Of a stretch of 64,000 nucleotides of DNA, positions 1-13,082 are shown in pieces. The notes beneath the pieces were generated by a model that did no database searches, was not told the origin of the DNA, and saw nothing but the letters and a program-made list of their open reading frames with translations. Origin of the DNA: Azolla caroliniana. Its lineage: Eukaryota; Plantae; Polypodiophyta. Both the position numbers and the translations under genes were made by a program. Location: NCBI GenBank assembly GCA_043228905.1, contig JBHGNT010000016.1, positions 372,001-436,000 on the forward strand, read 5' to 3'. Each line of letters starts with the position of its first letter. Within the stretch, counting starts at the first letter, position 1.

Positions 1-3000
1 CGATTCGCATGTTTGAACACAAAAATCCGATATCACACGAGCTAGGTATGAACATTTTAATTTACTAACGCGCTCTTCTCTACTACCTCCTCAAATTTGC
101 TAATTTCTTCATTTGTGTCGACCTGAGTTTCAAAATCTTGATTTTTTAATTCCATATGACAGCTAGCGTTGTTAGCTTCGCTTCGCATGTTTGAACAAAG
201 AAATCCGATATCACAAGAGCCAGGTATGAACATTTTAATTTATTAACGCGCTCTTCTCCACTACCTCTTCAATTTTGCTAATTTCTTCATATCTCTCGAG
301 CTGAGTTTCAAAATCTTGATATTTTAATTCCATATCAGAGCTAGTGCTGTTAGCTTCGATTCGCATGTTTCAACATAGAAATCCGATATCACACGAGCCA
401 GGTATGAACATTTTAATTTACCTACTAGCTCTTGTCAACTCCCTCCTAGAATTTGCTAATTTCTTCATGTGTGTCGACCTAAGTTTCAAAACTTGATTTT
501 TTAATTCCATATCACAGCTAGCGTTGTTAGCTTCGATTCCCATGTTTGAACACAGAAATCAGATATCACTCGAGCCTGGTATGAACATTTTAATTTACTA
601 ACGTGCTCTTTTCCACTACCGCCTCAAATTTGCTAATTTCTTCATGTCTCTCGACCTGAGTTTCAAAATCTTGATTTTTCAATTCCATATCAGAGCTAGC
701 GTTCTTAGCTTTGATTCTTATGTTTGAACACAAAAATCCGATATCACACGAGCCAGGTATGAACATTTTAATTTACTGACTAGCTCTTCTCAACTCCCTC
801 CTCAAATTTCTTAATTTCTTCATGTCTCTCGACCTGAGTTTCAAAATCTTGATTTTTTAATTCCATAACAGAGCTAGCGCTGTTAGCTTCGATTCACATG
901 TTTGAACACAAAAATCCGATATCACACGAGCCACGTATGAACATTTTAATTTACCTACTAGCGCTTGTCAACTCCCTCTTCAAATTTGCTAATTTCTTCA
1001 TGTCTCTCGACCTGAGTTTCAAAATCTTGATTTTTTAATTCCATATCAGAGCTAGCGTTGTTAGCTTCGATTCGCATGTTTGAACATAAAAATCCGATAT
1101 CCTACGAGCCAGGTATGAACCTTTTAATTTACCTACTAGCGCTTGTCAACTCCCTCCGCAAATTAGCTAATTTCTTCATGTCTCTCGACCTGAGTTTCAA
1201 AATCTTGATTTTTTAATTCCATATCAGAGCTAGCGTTGCTAGCTTCGATTCGCATGTTTGAACATAAAAATCCGATATCACACGAGCCTGGTATGAACAT
1301 TTTAATTTACTAACGCGCTCTTCTCCACTACGTCCTCAAATTTACTAATTTCTTCATGTCTCTCGACCTGAGTTTCAAAATCTTGATTTTTTATATGTAT
1401 ATTAGAGCTACCGTTGTTAGCTTCGATTCGCATGTTTGAACACAAAAATCCGATATCACATGAGCCACGTATGAATATTTTAATTTACCTACTAGCTCTT
1501 GTCAACTCCCTCCTCAAATTTGCTAATTTCTTCATGTCTCTCGACCTGAGTTTCAAAATCTTGATTTTTCAATTCCATATTAGACCTAGCGTTAGCTTCG
1601 ATTCGCATGTTTGAACATAAAAATCCGATATCATACGAGCCAGGTATGAACCTTTTAATTTACCTACTAGCGCTTGTCAACTCCCTCCTCAAATTTGCTA
1701 ATTTCTTCATGTCTCTCGACCTGAGCTACAAAATCTTGATTTTTTAATTCCGTAACATAGCTAGCGCTGTTAGCTTCGATTCACATGTTTGAACACAAAA
1801 ATCCGATATCACACGAGCCACGGATGAACATTTTAATTTACCTACTAGCGCTTGTCAACTCCCTCCTCAAATTTGCTAATTTCTTCATGTCTCTCGACCT
1901 GAGCTACAAAATCTTGATTTTTTAATTCCGTAACATAGCTAGCGCTGTTAGCTTCGATTCACATGTTTGAACACAAAAATCCGATATCACACGAGCCACG
2001 GATGAACATTTTAATTTACCTACTAGGGCTTGTCAACTCCCTCCTCAAATTTGCTAATTTCTTCATGTGTCTCGACCTGAGTTTCAAAATCTTGATTTTT
2101 TAATACCATATTAGAGCTAGCGTTGTTAGCTTCGATTCACATGTTTGAACACAAAAAACTGATATCACACGAGCCTGGTATGAACATTTTAATATACCTA
2201 CTAGGGCTTGTCAACTCCCTCCTTAAATTTACTAATTTTTTCATGTGTGTCGACCTGAGTTTCAAAATCTTGATTTTTTAATACCATATCAGAGCTAGCG
2301 GTGTTAGCTTCGATTCCCATGTTTGAACACAGAAATCAGATATAAGACGAGCCTGGTATGAACATTTTAATTTACTAACGCGCTCTTCTCCACTACCTGT
2401 CTCTCGACCTGAGTTTCAAAATCTGGATTTTTCAATTCCATATCAGAGCTAGCGTTGTTAGCTTTGATTCTTATGTTTGAACACAAAAATCCGATATCAC
2501 ACGAGCCAGGTATGAACATTTTAATTTACCTACTAGCGCTTATCAACTCCCTCCTCAAATTTGCTAATTTCTTCATGTCTCTCGACCTGAGTTTCAAAAT
2601 CTTGATTTTTCAATTCCATATTAGAGCTAGCGTTCTTAGCTTCGATTCGCAAGTTTGAACACAAAAATCCGATATTACACGAGCCACGTATGAACATTTT
2701 AATTTACCTACTAGCGCTTGTAACCTCCCTCATGAAACTTGCTAATTTCTTCATGTCTCTCGACCTGAGTTTCAAAATCTTGATTTTTTAATTGCATATC
2801 AAAGCTAGCGCTGTTAGCTTCGATTCACATGTTTGAACACAAAAATCCGATATCACACAAGCCACGGAAGGACATTATAATTTACCTACTAGCGCTTGTC
2901 AACTCCCTCCTCAACTTTGCTAATTTCTTCATGTCTCTGGACCTGAGTTTCAAAATTTTGATTTTTTAATTCCATATCAGAGCTAGCGTTGTTAGCTTCG

Positions 3001-6000
3001 ATTCGCATGTTTGAACATAAAAATCCGATATCATACGAGCCAGGTATGAACCTTTTAATTTACCTACTAGCGCTTTTCAACTCCCTCCGCAAATTTGCTA
3101 ATTTCTTCATGTCTCTCGACCTGAGTTTCAAAATCTGGATTTTTCAACTCCTTAACAGAGCTAACGTTGTTAGCTTCGATTCGCATGTTTGAACACAAAA
3201 ATCCGATATCACACGAGCCACGGATGAACATTTTAATTTACTAACGCGCTCTTCTCCACTACCTCCTCAAATTTGCTAATTTCTTCATGTCTCACGACCT
3301 GAATTTCAAAATCTTGATTTTTCAATTCCATATCAGAGCTAGCGTTGTTAGCTTCGATTCGCATGTTTGAACATAAAAATCCGATATCATACGAGCCAGG
3401 TATGAACCTTTTAATTTACCTACTAGCGCTTGTCAACTCCCTCCTCAAATTTGCTAATTTCTTCATGTCTCTCGACCTGAGCTACAAAATCTTGATTTTT
3501 TAATTCCGTAACATAGCTAGCGCTGTTAGCTTCGATTCACATGTTTGAACACAAAACTCCGATATCACACGAGCCACGGATGAACATTTTAATTTACCTA
3601 CTAGCGCTTGTCAACTCCCTCCTCACATTTGCTAATTTCTTGATGTCTCTCGACCTGTGTTTCAAAATCTTGATTTTTTAATACCATATCAGAGCTAGCG
3701 TTGTTAGCTTCGATTCACATGTTTGAACACAAAAATCTGATATCACACGAGCCACGTATGAACATTTTAATTTACCTACTAGCTCTTGTCAACTCCCTCC
3801 TCAAATTTACTATTTTTTTCATGTGTGTCGACCTGAGTTTCAAAATCTTGATTTTTTAATTCCATATCACAGCTAGCGTTGTTAGCTTCGATTCCCATGT
3901 TTGAACACAAAAATCAGATATCAGACGAGCCTGGTATGAACATTTTAATTTACTAACGCGCTCTTCTCCACTACCTCCTCAAATGTGTGTCGACCTGAGT
4001 TTCAAAATCTTGATTTTTTAATTCCATATCACAGCTAGCGTTGTTAGCTTCGATTCCCATGTTTGAACACAGAAATCAGATATCAGACGAGCCTGGTATG
4101 AACATTTTAATTTACTAACGCGCTCTTCTCCACTACCTCCTCAAATTTGCTAATTTCTTCATGTCTCTCGACCTGAGTTTCAAAATCTTGATTTTTCAAT
4201 TCCATATCAGAGCTAGCGTTGTTAGCTTTGATTCTTATGTTTGAACACAAAAATCCGATATCACACGAGCCAGGTATGAACATTTTAATTTACCTACTAG
4301 CTCTTGTCAACTCCCTCCTGAAATTTCTTAATTTCTTCATGTCTCTTGACCTGAGTTTCAAAATCTTGATTTTTTAATTCCATAATAGAGCTAGCGCTGT
4401 TAGCTTCGATTCACATGTTTGAACACAAAAATCCGATATCACACGAGCCACGGATGAACATTTTAATTTACCTACTAGCGCTTATCAACTCCCTCCTCAA
4501 ATTTGCTAATTTCTTCATGTCTCTCGACCTGAGTTTCAAAATCTTGATTTTTCAATTCCATATTAGAGCTAGCGTTCTTAGCTTCGATTCGCAAGTTTGA
4601 ACACAAAAATCCGATATTACACGAGCCACGTATGAACATTTTAATTTACCTACTAGCGCTTGTAACCTCCCTCATGAAACTTGCTAATTTCTTCATGTCT
4701 CTCGACCTGAGTTTCAAAATCTTGATTTTTTAATTGCAATTCAAAGCTAGCGCTGTTAGCTTCGATTCACATGTTTGAACACAAAAATCCGATATCACAC
4801 AAGCCACGGATGAACATTATAATTTACCTACTAGCGCTTGTCAACTCCCTCCTCAACTTTGCTAATTTCTTCATGTCTCTCGACCTGAGTTTCAAAATTT
4901 TGATTTTTTAATTCCATATCAGAGCTAGCGTTGTTAGCTTCGATTCGCATGTTTGAACATAAAAATCCGATATCAGACGAGCCAGGTATGAACCTTTTAA
5001 TTTACGTACTAGCGCTTGTCAACTCCCTCCGCAAATTTGCTAATTTCTTCATGTCTCTCGACCTGAGTTTCAAAATCTGGATTTTTCAACTCCTTAACAG
5101 AGCTAACGTTGTTAGCTTCGATTCGCATGTTTGAACACAAAAATCCGATATCACATGAGCCACGGATGAACATTTTAATTTACTAACGCGCTCTTCTCCA
5201 CTACCTCCTCAAATTTGCTAATTTCTTCATGTCTCACGACCTGAATTTCAAAATCTTGATTTTTTAAATCCATATCTGAGCTAGCGTTGTTAGCTTCGAT
5301 TCGCATGTTTGAACACAAAAATCCGATATCACACGAGCCACGGATGAACATTTTAATTTACTAACGCGCTCTTCTCCACTACCTCCTCAAATTTGCTAAT
5401 TTCTTCATGTCTCTCGACCTATGTTTCAAAATCTTGATTTTTTAATTCCATATCAGAGCAAGCGTTGTTAGCTTCGATTCCCATGTTTGAATACAAAAAT
5501 ACGATATCACACGAGCCACATATGAACATTTTAATTTACCTACTAGCTCTTGTCAACTCCCACCTGAAATTTGCTAATTTCTTCACGTCTCTCGACCTGA
5601 CTTTCAAAATCTTGACTTTTTAATTCCATATTAGAGCTAGCGTTGTTAGCTTTGATTCTTATGTTTGAACACAGCAATCCGATATCACACGAGCCAGGTA
5701 TGAACATTTTAATTTACCTACTAGCTCTTGTCAACTCCCTACTCAAATTTGTTAATTTCTTCATGTCTCTCGACCTGAGTTTCAAAATCTTGATTTTTGA
5801 ATTCCATATTAGAGCTAGCGTTGTTAGCTTCGATTCACATGTTTTAACATAAAAATCCGATATCATACGAGCCAGGTATGAACCTTTTAATTTACCTACT
5901 AACGCTTGTTAACTCCCTCCTCAAATTTGCTAATTTCTTCATATCTCTCGACCTGAAGCTTCAAAATCTTGATTTTTTAATTCCATATCAGAGCTAGCGT

Positions 6001-6365
6001 TGTTAGCTTTGATTCTTATGTTTGAACACAGAAATCCGATATCACACGAGCCAGGTATGAACATTTTAATTTACCTACTAGCGCTTGTCAACTCCCTCCT
6101 CAAATTTGCTAATTTCTTCATGTCTCTCGACCTGAGTTTCAAAATCTTGATTTTTTAATTCCATATCAGAGCTAGCGCTGTTAGCTTCGATTCACATGTT
6201 TGAACACAAAAATCCGATATCACACGAGCCTGGTATGAACATTTTAATTTACTAACGCGCTGTTCTCCACTACGTCCTCAAATTTACTAATTTCTTCATG
6301 TCTCTCTACCTGAGTTTCAAAATGTTTATTTTTTATATGTATATTAGAGCTAGCGTTGGTAGCTT

Positions 6366-8280
6366 CGATTCGCATGTTTGAACACAAAAATCCGATATCA
6401 CACGAGCTAGGTATGAACATTTTAATTTACTAACGCGCTCTTCTCTACTACCTCCTCAAATTTGCTAATTTCTTCATTTGTGTCGACCTGAGTTTCAAAA
6501 TCTTGATTTTTTAATTCCATATGACAGCTAGCGTTGTTAGCTTCGCTTCGCATGTTTGAACAAAGAAATCCGATATCACAAGAGCCAGGTATGAACATTT
6601 TAATTTACTAACGCGCTCTTCTCCACTACCTCTTCAATTTTGCTAATTTCTTCATATCTCTCGAGCTGAGTTTCAAAATCTTGATATTTTAATTCCATAT
6701 CAGAGCTAGTGCTGTTAGCTTCGATTCGCATGTTTCAACATAGAAATCCGATATCACACGAGCCAGGTATGAACATTTTAATTTACCTACTAGCTCTTGT
6801 CAACTCCCTCCTAGAATTTGCTAATTTCTTCATGTGTGTCGACCTAAGTTTCAAAACTTGATTTTTTAATTCCATATCACAGCTAGCGTTGTTAGCTTCG
6901 ATTCCCATGTTTGAACACAGAAATCAGATATCACTCGAGCCTGGTATGAACATTTTAATTTACTAACGTGCTCTTTTCCACTACCGCCTCAAATTTGCTA
7001 ATTTCTTCATGTCTCTCGACCTGAGTTTCAAAATCTTGATTTTTCAATTCCATATCAGAGCTAGCGTTCTTAGCTTTGATTCTTATGTTTGAACACAAAA
7101 ATCCGATATCACACGAGCCAGGTATGAACATTTTAATTTACTGACTAGCTCTTCTCAACTCCCTCCTCAAATTTCTTAATTTCTTCATGTCTCTCGACCT
7201 GAGTTTCAAAATCTTGATTTTTTAATTCCATAACAGAGCTAGCGCTGTTAGCTTCGATTCACATGTTTGAACACAAAAATCCGATATCACACGAGCCACG
7301 TATGAACATTTTAATTTACCTACTAGCGCTTGTCAACTCCCTCTTCAAATTTGCTAATTTCTTCATGTCTCTCGACCTGAGTTTCAAAATCTTGATTTTT
7401 TAATTCCATATCAGAGCTAGCGTTGTTAGCTTCGATTCGCATGTTTGAACATAAAAATCCGATATCCTACGAGACAGGTATGAACCTTTTAATTTACCTA
7501 CTAGCGCTTGTCAACTCCCTCCGCAAATTAGCTAATTTCTTCATGTCTCTCGACCTGAGTTTCAAAATCTTGATTTTTTAATACCATATCAGAGCTAGCG
7601 TTGCTAGCTTCGATTCGCATGTTTGAACATAAAAATCCGATATCACACGAGCCTGGTATGAACATTTTAATTTACTAACGCGCTCTTCTCCACTACGTCC
7701 TCAAATTTACTAATTTCTTCATGTCTCTCGACCTGAGTTTCAAAATCTTGATTTTTTATATGTATATTAGAGCTACCGTTGTTAGCTTCGATTCGCATGT
7801 TTGAACACAAAAATCCGATATCACATGAGCCACGTATGAACATTTTAATTTACCTACTAGCTCTTGTCAACTCCCTCCTCAAATTTGCTAATTTCTTCAT
7901 GTCTCTCGACCTGAGTTTCAAAATCTTGATTTTTCAATTCCATATTAGACCTAGCGTTAGCTTCGATTCGCATGTTTGAACATAAAAATCCGATATCATA
8001 CGAGCCAGGTATGAACCTTTTAATTTACCTACTAGCGCTTGTCAACTCCCTCCTCAAATTTGCTAATTTCTTCATGTCTCTCGACCTGAGCTACAAAATC
8101 TTGATTTTTTAATTCCGTAACATAGCTAGCGCTGTTAGCTTCGATTCACATGTTTGAACACAAAAATCCGATATCACACGAGCCACGGATGAACATTTTA
8201 ATTTACCTACTAGCGCTTGTCAACTCCCTCCTCAAATTTGCTAATTTCTTCATGTCTCTCGACCTGAGCTACAAAATCTT
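6366..8280. repeat. Near-identical copy of positions 1-~1915 (offset 6,365 bp)
   Basis: The same ordered diagnostic monomers appear (GAGCTAGG/ATATGACAG, CGCTTCGC/AACAAAGAAA, TTTCAACATAG, CACTCGAG, ACTGACTAG). The marker ORF lies at 1414 and 7779. Confidence 0.88.
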
Positions 8281-9915
8281 GATTTTTTAATACCATATTA
8301 GAGCTAGCGTTGTTAGCTTCGATTCACATGTTTGAACACAAAAATCTGATATCACACGAGCCACGTATGAACATTTTAATTTACCTACTAGCTCTTGTCA
8401 ACTCCCTCCTCAAATTTACTAATTTTTTCATGTGTGTCGACCTGAGTTTCAGAATCTTGATTTTTTAATTCCATATCACAGCTAGCGTTGTTAGCTTCGA
8501 TTCCCATGTTTGAACACAGAAATCAGATATCACACGAGCCTGGTATGAACATTTTAATTTACTCACACGCTCTTCTCCACTACCTCCTCAAATTTGCTAA
8601 TTTCTTCATGTCTCTCGACCTGAGTTTCAAAATCTTGATTTTTCAATTCCATATCAGAGCTACCGTTGTTAGCTTCGATTCGCATGTTTGAACACAAAAA
8701 TCCGATATCACATGAGCCACGTATGAACATTTTAATTTACCTACTAGCTCTTGTCAACTCCCTCCTCAAATTTGCTAATTTCTTCATGTCTCTCGACCTG
8801 AGTTTCAAAATCTTGATTTTTCAATTCCATATTAGACCTAGCGTTACCTTCGATTCGCATGTTTGAACATAAAAATCCGATATCATACGAGCCAGGTATG
8901 AACCTTTTAATTTACCTACTAGCGCTTGTCAACTCCCTCCTCAAATTTGCTAATTTCTTCATGTCTCTCGACCTGAGCTACAAAATCTTGATTTTTTAAT
9001 TCCGTAACATAGCTAGCGCTGTTAGCTTCGATTCACATGTTTGAACACAAAAATCCGATATCACACGAGCCACGGATGAACATTTTAATTTACCTACTAG
9101 CGCTTGTCAACTCCCTCCTCAAATTTGCTAATTTCTTCATGTCTCTCGACCTGAGCTACAAAATCTTGATTTTTTAATACCATATTAGAGCTAGCGTTGT
9201 TAGCTTCGATTCACATGTTTGAACACAAAAATCTGATATCACACGAGCCACGTATGAACATTTTAATTTACCTACTAGCTCTTGTCAACTCCCTCCTCAA
9301 ATTTACTAATTTTTTCATGTGTGTCGACCTGAGTTTCAGAATCTTGATTTTTTAATTCCATATCACAGCTAGCGTTGTTAGCTTCGATTCCCATGTTTGA
9401 ACACAGAAATCAGATATCACACGAGCCTGGTATGAACATTTTAATTTACTCACACGCTCTTCTCCACTACCTCCTCAAATTTGCTAATTTCTTCATGTCT
9501 CTCGACCTGAGTTTCAAAATCTTGATTTTTCAATTCCATATCAGAGCTACCGTTGTTAGCTTCGATTCGCATGTTTGAACACAAAAATCCGATATCACAT
9601 GAGCCACGTATGAACATTTTAATTTACCTACTAGCTCTTGTCAACTCCCTCCTCAAATTTGCTAATTTCTTCATGTCTCTCGACCTGAGTTTCAAAATCT
9701 TGATTTTTCAATTCCATATTAGACCTAGCGTTACCTTCGATTCGCATGTTTGAACATAAAAATCCGATATCATACGAGCCAGGTATGAACCTTTTAATTT
9801 ACCTACTAGCGCTTGTCAACTCCCTCCTCAAATTTGCTAATTTCTTCATGTCTCTCGACCTGAGCTACAAAATCTTGATTTTTTAATTCCGTAACATAGC
9901 TAGCGCTGTTAGCTT
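7789..9915. repeat. 5-mer HOR, 887 bp (175 + 4x178), ~2.4 copies
   Basis: Marker ORFs at 7779/8666/9553 and 8488/9375 are spaced 887 bp. The private variants TTTCAGAATC and TTACTCACACG occur in both full copies. Confidence 0.9.
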
Positions 9916-12900
9916 CGATTCACATGTTTCAACACAAAAATCCGATATCACACGAGCCACGGATGAACATTTTAATTTACCTATTAGCGCTTGTCAACTC
10001 CCTCCTCACATTTGCTAATTTCTTGATGTCTCTCGACCTGAGTTTCAAAATCTTGATTTTTTAATACCATATCAGAGCTAGCGTTGTTAGCTTCGATTCA
10101 CATGTTTGAACACAAAAATCTGATATCACACGAGCCACGTATGAACATTTTAATTTACCTACTAGCTCTTGTCAACTCCCTCCTCAAATTTACTATTTTT
10201 TTCATGTGTGTCGACCTGAGTTTCAAAATCTTGATTTTTTAATTCCATATCACAGCTAGCGTTGTTAGCTTCGATTCCCATGTTTGAACACAAAAATCAG
10301 ATATCAGACGAGCCTGGTATGAACATTTTAATTTACTAACGCGCTCTTCTCCACTACCTCCTCAAATGTGTGTCGACCTGAGTTTCAAAATCTTGATTTT
10401 TTAATTCCATATCACAGCTAGCGTTGTTAGCTTCGATTCCCATGTTTGAACACAGAAATCAGATATCAGACGAGCCTGGTATGAACATTTTAATTTACTA
10501 ACGCGCTCTTCTCCACTACCTCCTCAAATTTGCTAATTTCTTCATGTCTCTCGACCTAAGTTTCAAAATCTTGATTTTTCAATTCCATATCAGAGCTAGC
10601 GTTGTTAGCTTTGATTCTTATGTTTGAACACAAAAAACCAATATCACACGAGCCAGGTATGAACATTTTAATTTACCTACTAGCTCTTGTCAACTCCCTC
10701 CTGAAATTTCTTAATTTCTTCATGTCTCTTGACCTGAGTTTCAAAATCTTGATTTCTTAATTCCATAATAGAGCTAGCGCTGTTAGCTTCGATTCACATG
10801 TTTGAACACAAAAATCCGATATCACACGAGCCACGGATGAACATTTTAATTTACTAACGCGCTCTTCTCCACTACCTCCTCAAATTTGCTAATTTCTTCA
10901 TGTCTCTCGACCTGAGTTTCAAAATCTGGATTTTTTAACTCCTTAACAGAGCTAGCGCTGTTAGCTTCGATTCGCATGTTTGAACACAAAAATCCGATAT
11001 CACAAGAGCTAGGTATGAACATTTTAATTTACCTACTAGCTCTTGTTAACTCCCTCCTCAAATTTGTTCATTTCTTCATGTCTCTCGATCTGAGTTTCAA
11101 AATCTTGATTTTTTAATTCCTATCAGAGCTAGCACTGTTAGCTTCGATTCACATGTTTGAACACAAAAATCCGATATCACACGAGCCACGTATGAACTTT
11201 TTAATTTACCTACTAGCGCTTGTCAACTCCCTCTTCAAATTTGCTAATTTCTTCATGTCTCTCGACCTGAGTTTCAAAATCTTGATTTTTTAATTCCATA
11301 TCAAAGCTACCGTTGTTAGCTTCGATTCGCATGTTTGAACACAAAAATCCGATATCACATGAGCCACGTATGAACATTTTAATTTACCTACTAGCTCTTG
11401 TCAACTCCCTCCTAAAATTTGCTAATTTCTTCATGTCTCTCGACCTGAGTTTCAAAATCTTGATTTTTCAATTCCATATTAGACCTAGCGTTACCTTGGA
11501 TTCGCATGTTTGAACATAAAAATCCGATATCATACGAGCCAGGTATGAACCTTTTAATTTACCTACTAGCGCTTGTCAACTCCCTCCTCAAATTTGCTAA
11601 TTTCTTCATGTCTCTCGACCTGAGCTACAAAATCTTGATTTTTTAATTCCGTAACATAGCTAGCGCTGTTAGCTTCGATTCACATGTTTCAACACAAAAA
11701 TCCGATATCACACGAGCCACGGATGAACATTTTAATTTACCTACTAGCGCTTGTCAACTCCCTCCTCACATTTGCTAATTTCTTGATGTCTCTCGACCTG
11801 AGTTTCAAAATCTTGATTTTTTAATACCATATCAGAGCTAGCGTTGTTAGCTTCGATTCACATGTTTGAACACAAAAATCTGATATCACACGAGCCACGT
11901 ATGAACATTTTAATTTACCTACTAGCTCTTGTCAACTCCCTCCTCAAATTTACTAATTTTTTCATGTGTGTCGACCTGAGTTTCAAAATCTTGATTTTTT
12001 AATTCCATATCACAGCTAGCGTTGTTAGCTTCGATTCACATGTTTGAACACAAAAATCAGATATCAGACGAGCCTGGTATGAACATTTTAATTTACTAAC
12101 GCGCTCTTCTCCACTACCTCCTCAAATGTGTGTCGACCTGAGTTTCAAAATCTTGATTTTTTAATTCCATATCACAGCTAGCGTTGTTAGCTTCGATTCC
12201 CATGTTTGAACACAGAAATCAGATATCAGACGAGCCTGGTATAAACATTTTAATTTACTAACGCGCTCTTCTCCACTACCTCCTCAAATTTGCTAATTTC
12301 TTCATGTCTCTCGACCTGAGTTTCAAAATCTTGATTTTTCAATTCCATATCAGAGCTAGCGTTCTTAGCTTTGATTCTTATGTTTGAACACAAAAATCCA
12401 ATATCACACGAGCCAGGTATGAACATTTTAATTTACCTACTAGCTCTTGTCAACTCCCTCCTGAAATTTCTTAATTTCTTCATGTCTCTTGACCTGAGTT
12501 TCAAAATCTTGATTTTTTAATTCCATAATAGAGCTAGCGCTGTTAGCTTCGATTCACATGTTTGAACACAAAAATCCGATATCACACGAGCCACGGATGA
12601 ACATTTTAATTTACTAACGCGCTCTTCTCCACTACCTCCTCAAATTTGCTAATTTCTTCATGTCTCTCGACCTGAGTTTCAAAATCTGGATTTTTCAACT
12701 CCTTAACAGAGCTAGCGCTGTTAGCTTCGATTCGCATGTTTGAACACAAAAATCCGATATCACAAGAGCTAGGTATGAACATTTTAATTTACCTACTAGC
12801 TCTTGTTAACTCCCTCCTCAAATTTGTTAATTTCTTCATGTCTCTCGATCTGAGTTTCAAAATCTTGATTTTTTAATTCCTATCAGAGCTAGCACTGTTA

Positions 12901-13082
12901 GCTTCGATTCACATGTTTGAACACAAAAATCCGATATCACACGAGCCACGTATGAACATTTTAATTTACCTACTAGCGCTTGTCAACTCCCTCTTCAAAT
13001 TTGCTAATTTCTTCATGTCTCTCGACCTGAGTTTCAAAATCTTGATTTTTTAATTCCATATCAGAGCTAGCGTTGTTAGCTT
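9563..13082. repeat. 10-mer HOR, 1,760 bp (175+162+177+7x178), 2 copies
   Basis: Marker ORFs lie at 9553/11313 and the 162-bp junction CTCAAAT|GTGTGTCG lies at 10368/12128. The 177-bp monomer with AATTCCTATCAG occurs in both copies. Confidence 0.88.

Noticed and set aside
1-178. Tandem 5S rRNA, tRNA, snRNA or spliced-leader RNA gene repeat
   Set aside because: I see no recognisable 5S or tRNA sequence, cloverleaf or internal A/B/C boxes, and no conserved-gene versus variable-spacer partition. A covariance-model search (Infernal/Rfam) would confirm.
886-903. CENP-B box-like motif at CTTCGATTCACATGTTT
   Set aside because: It matches only TTCG and the A of the NTTCGNNNNANNCGGGN core. The essential CGGG is absent.
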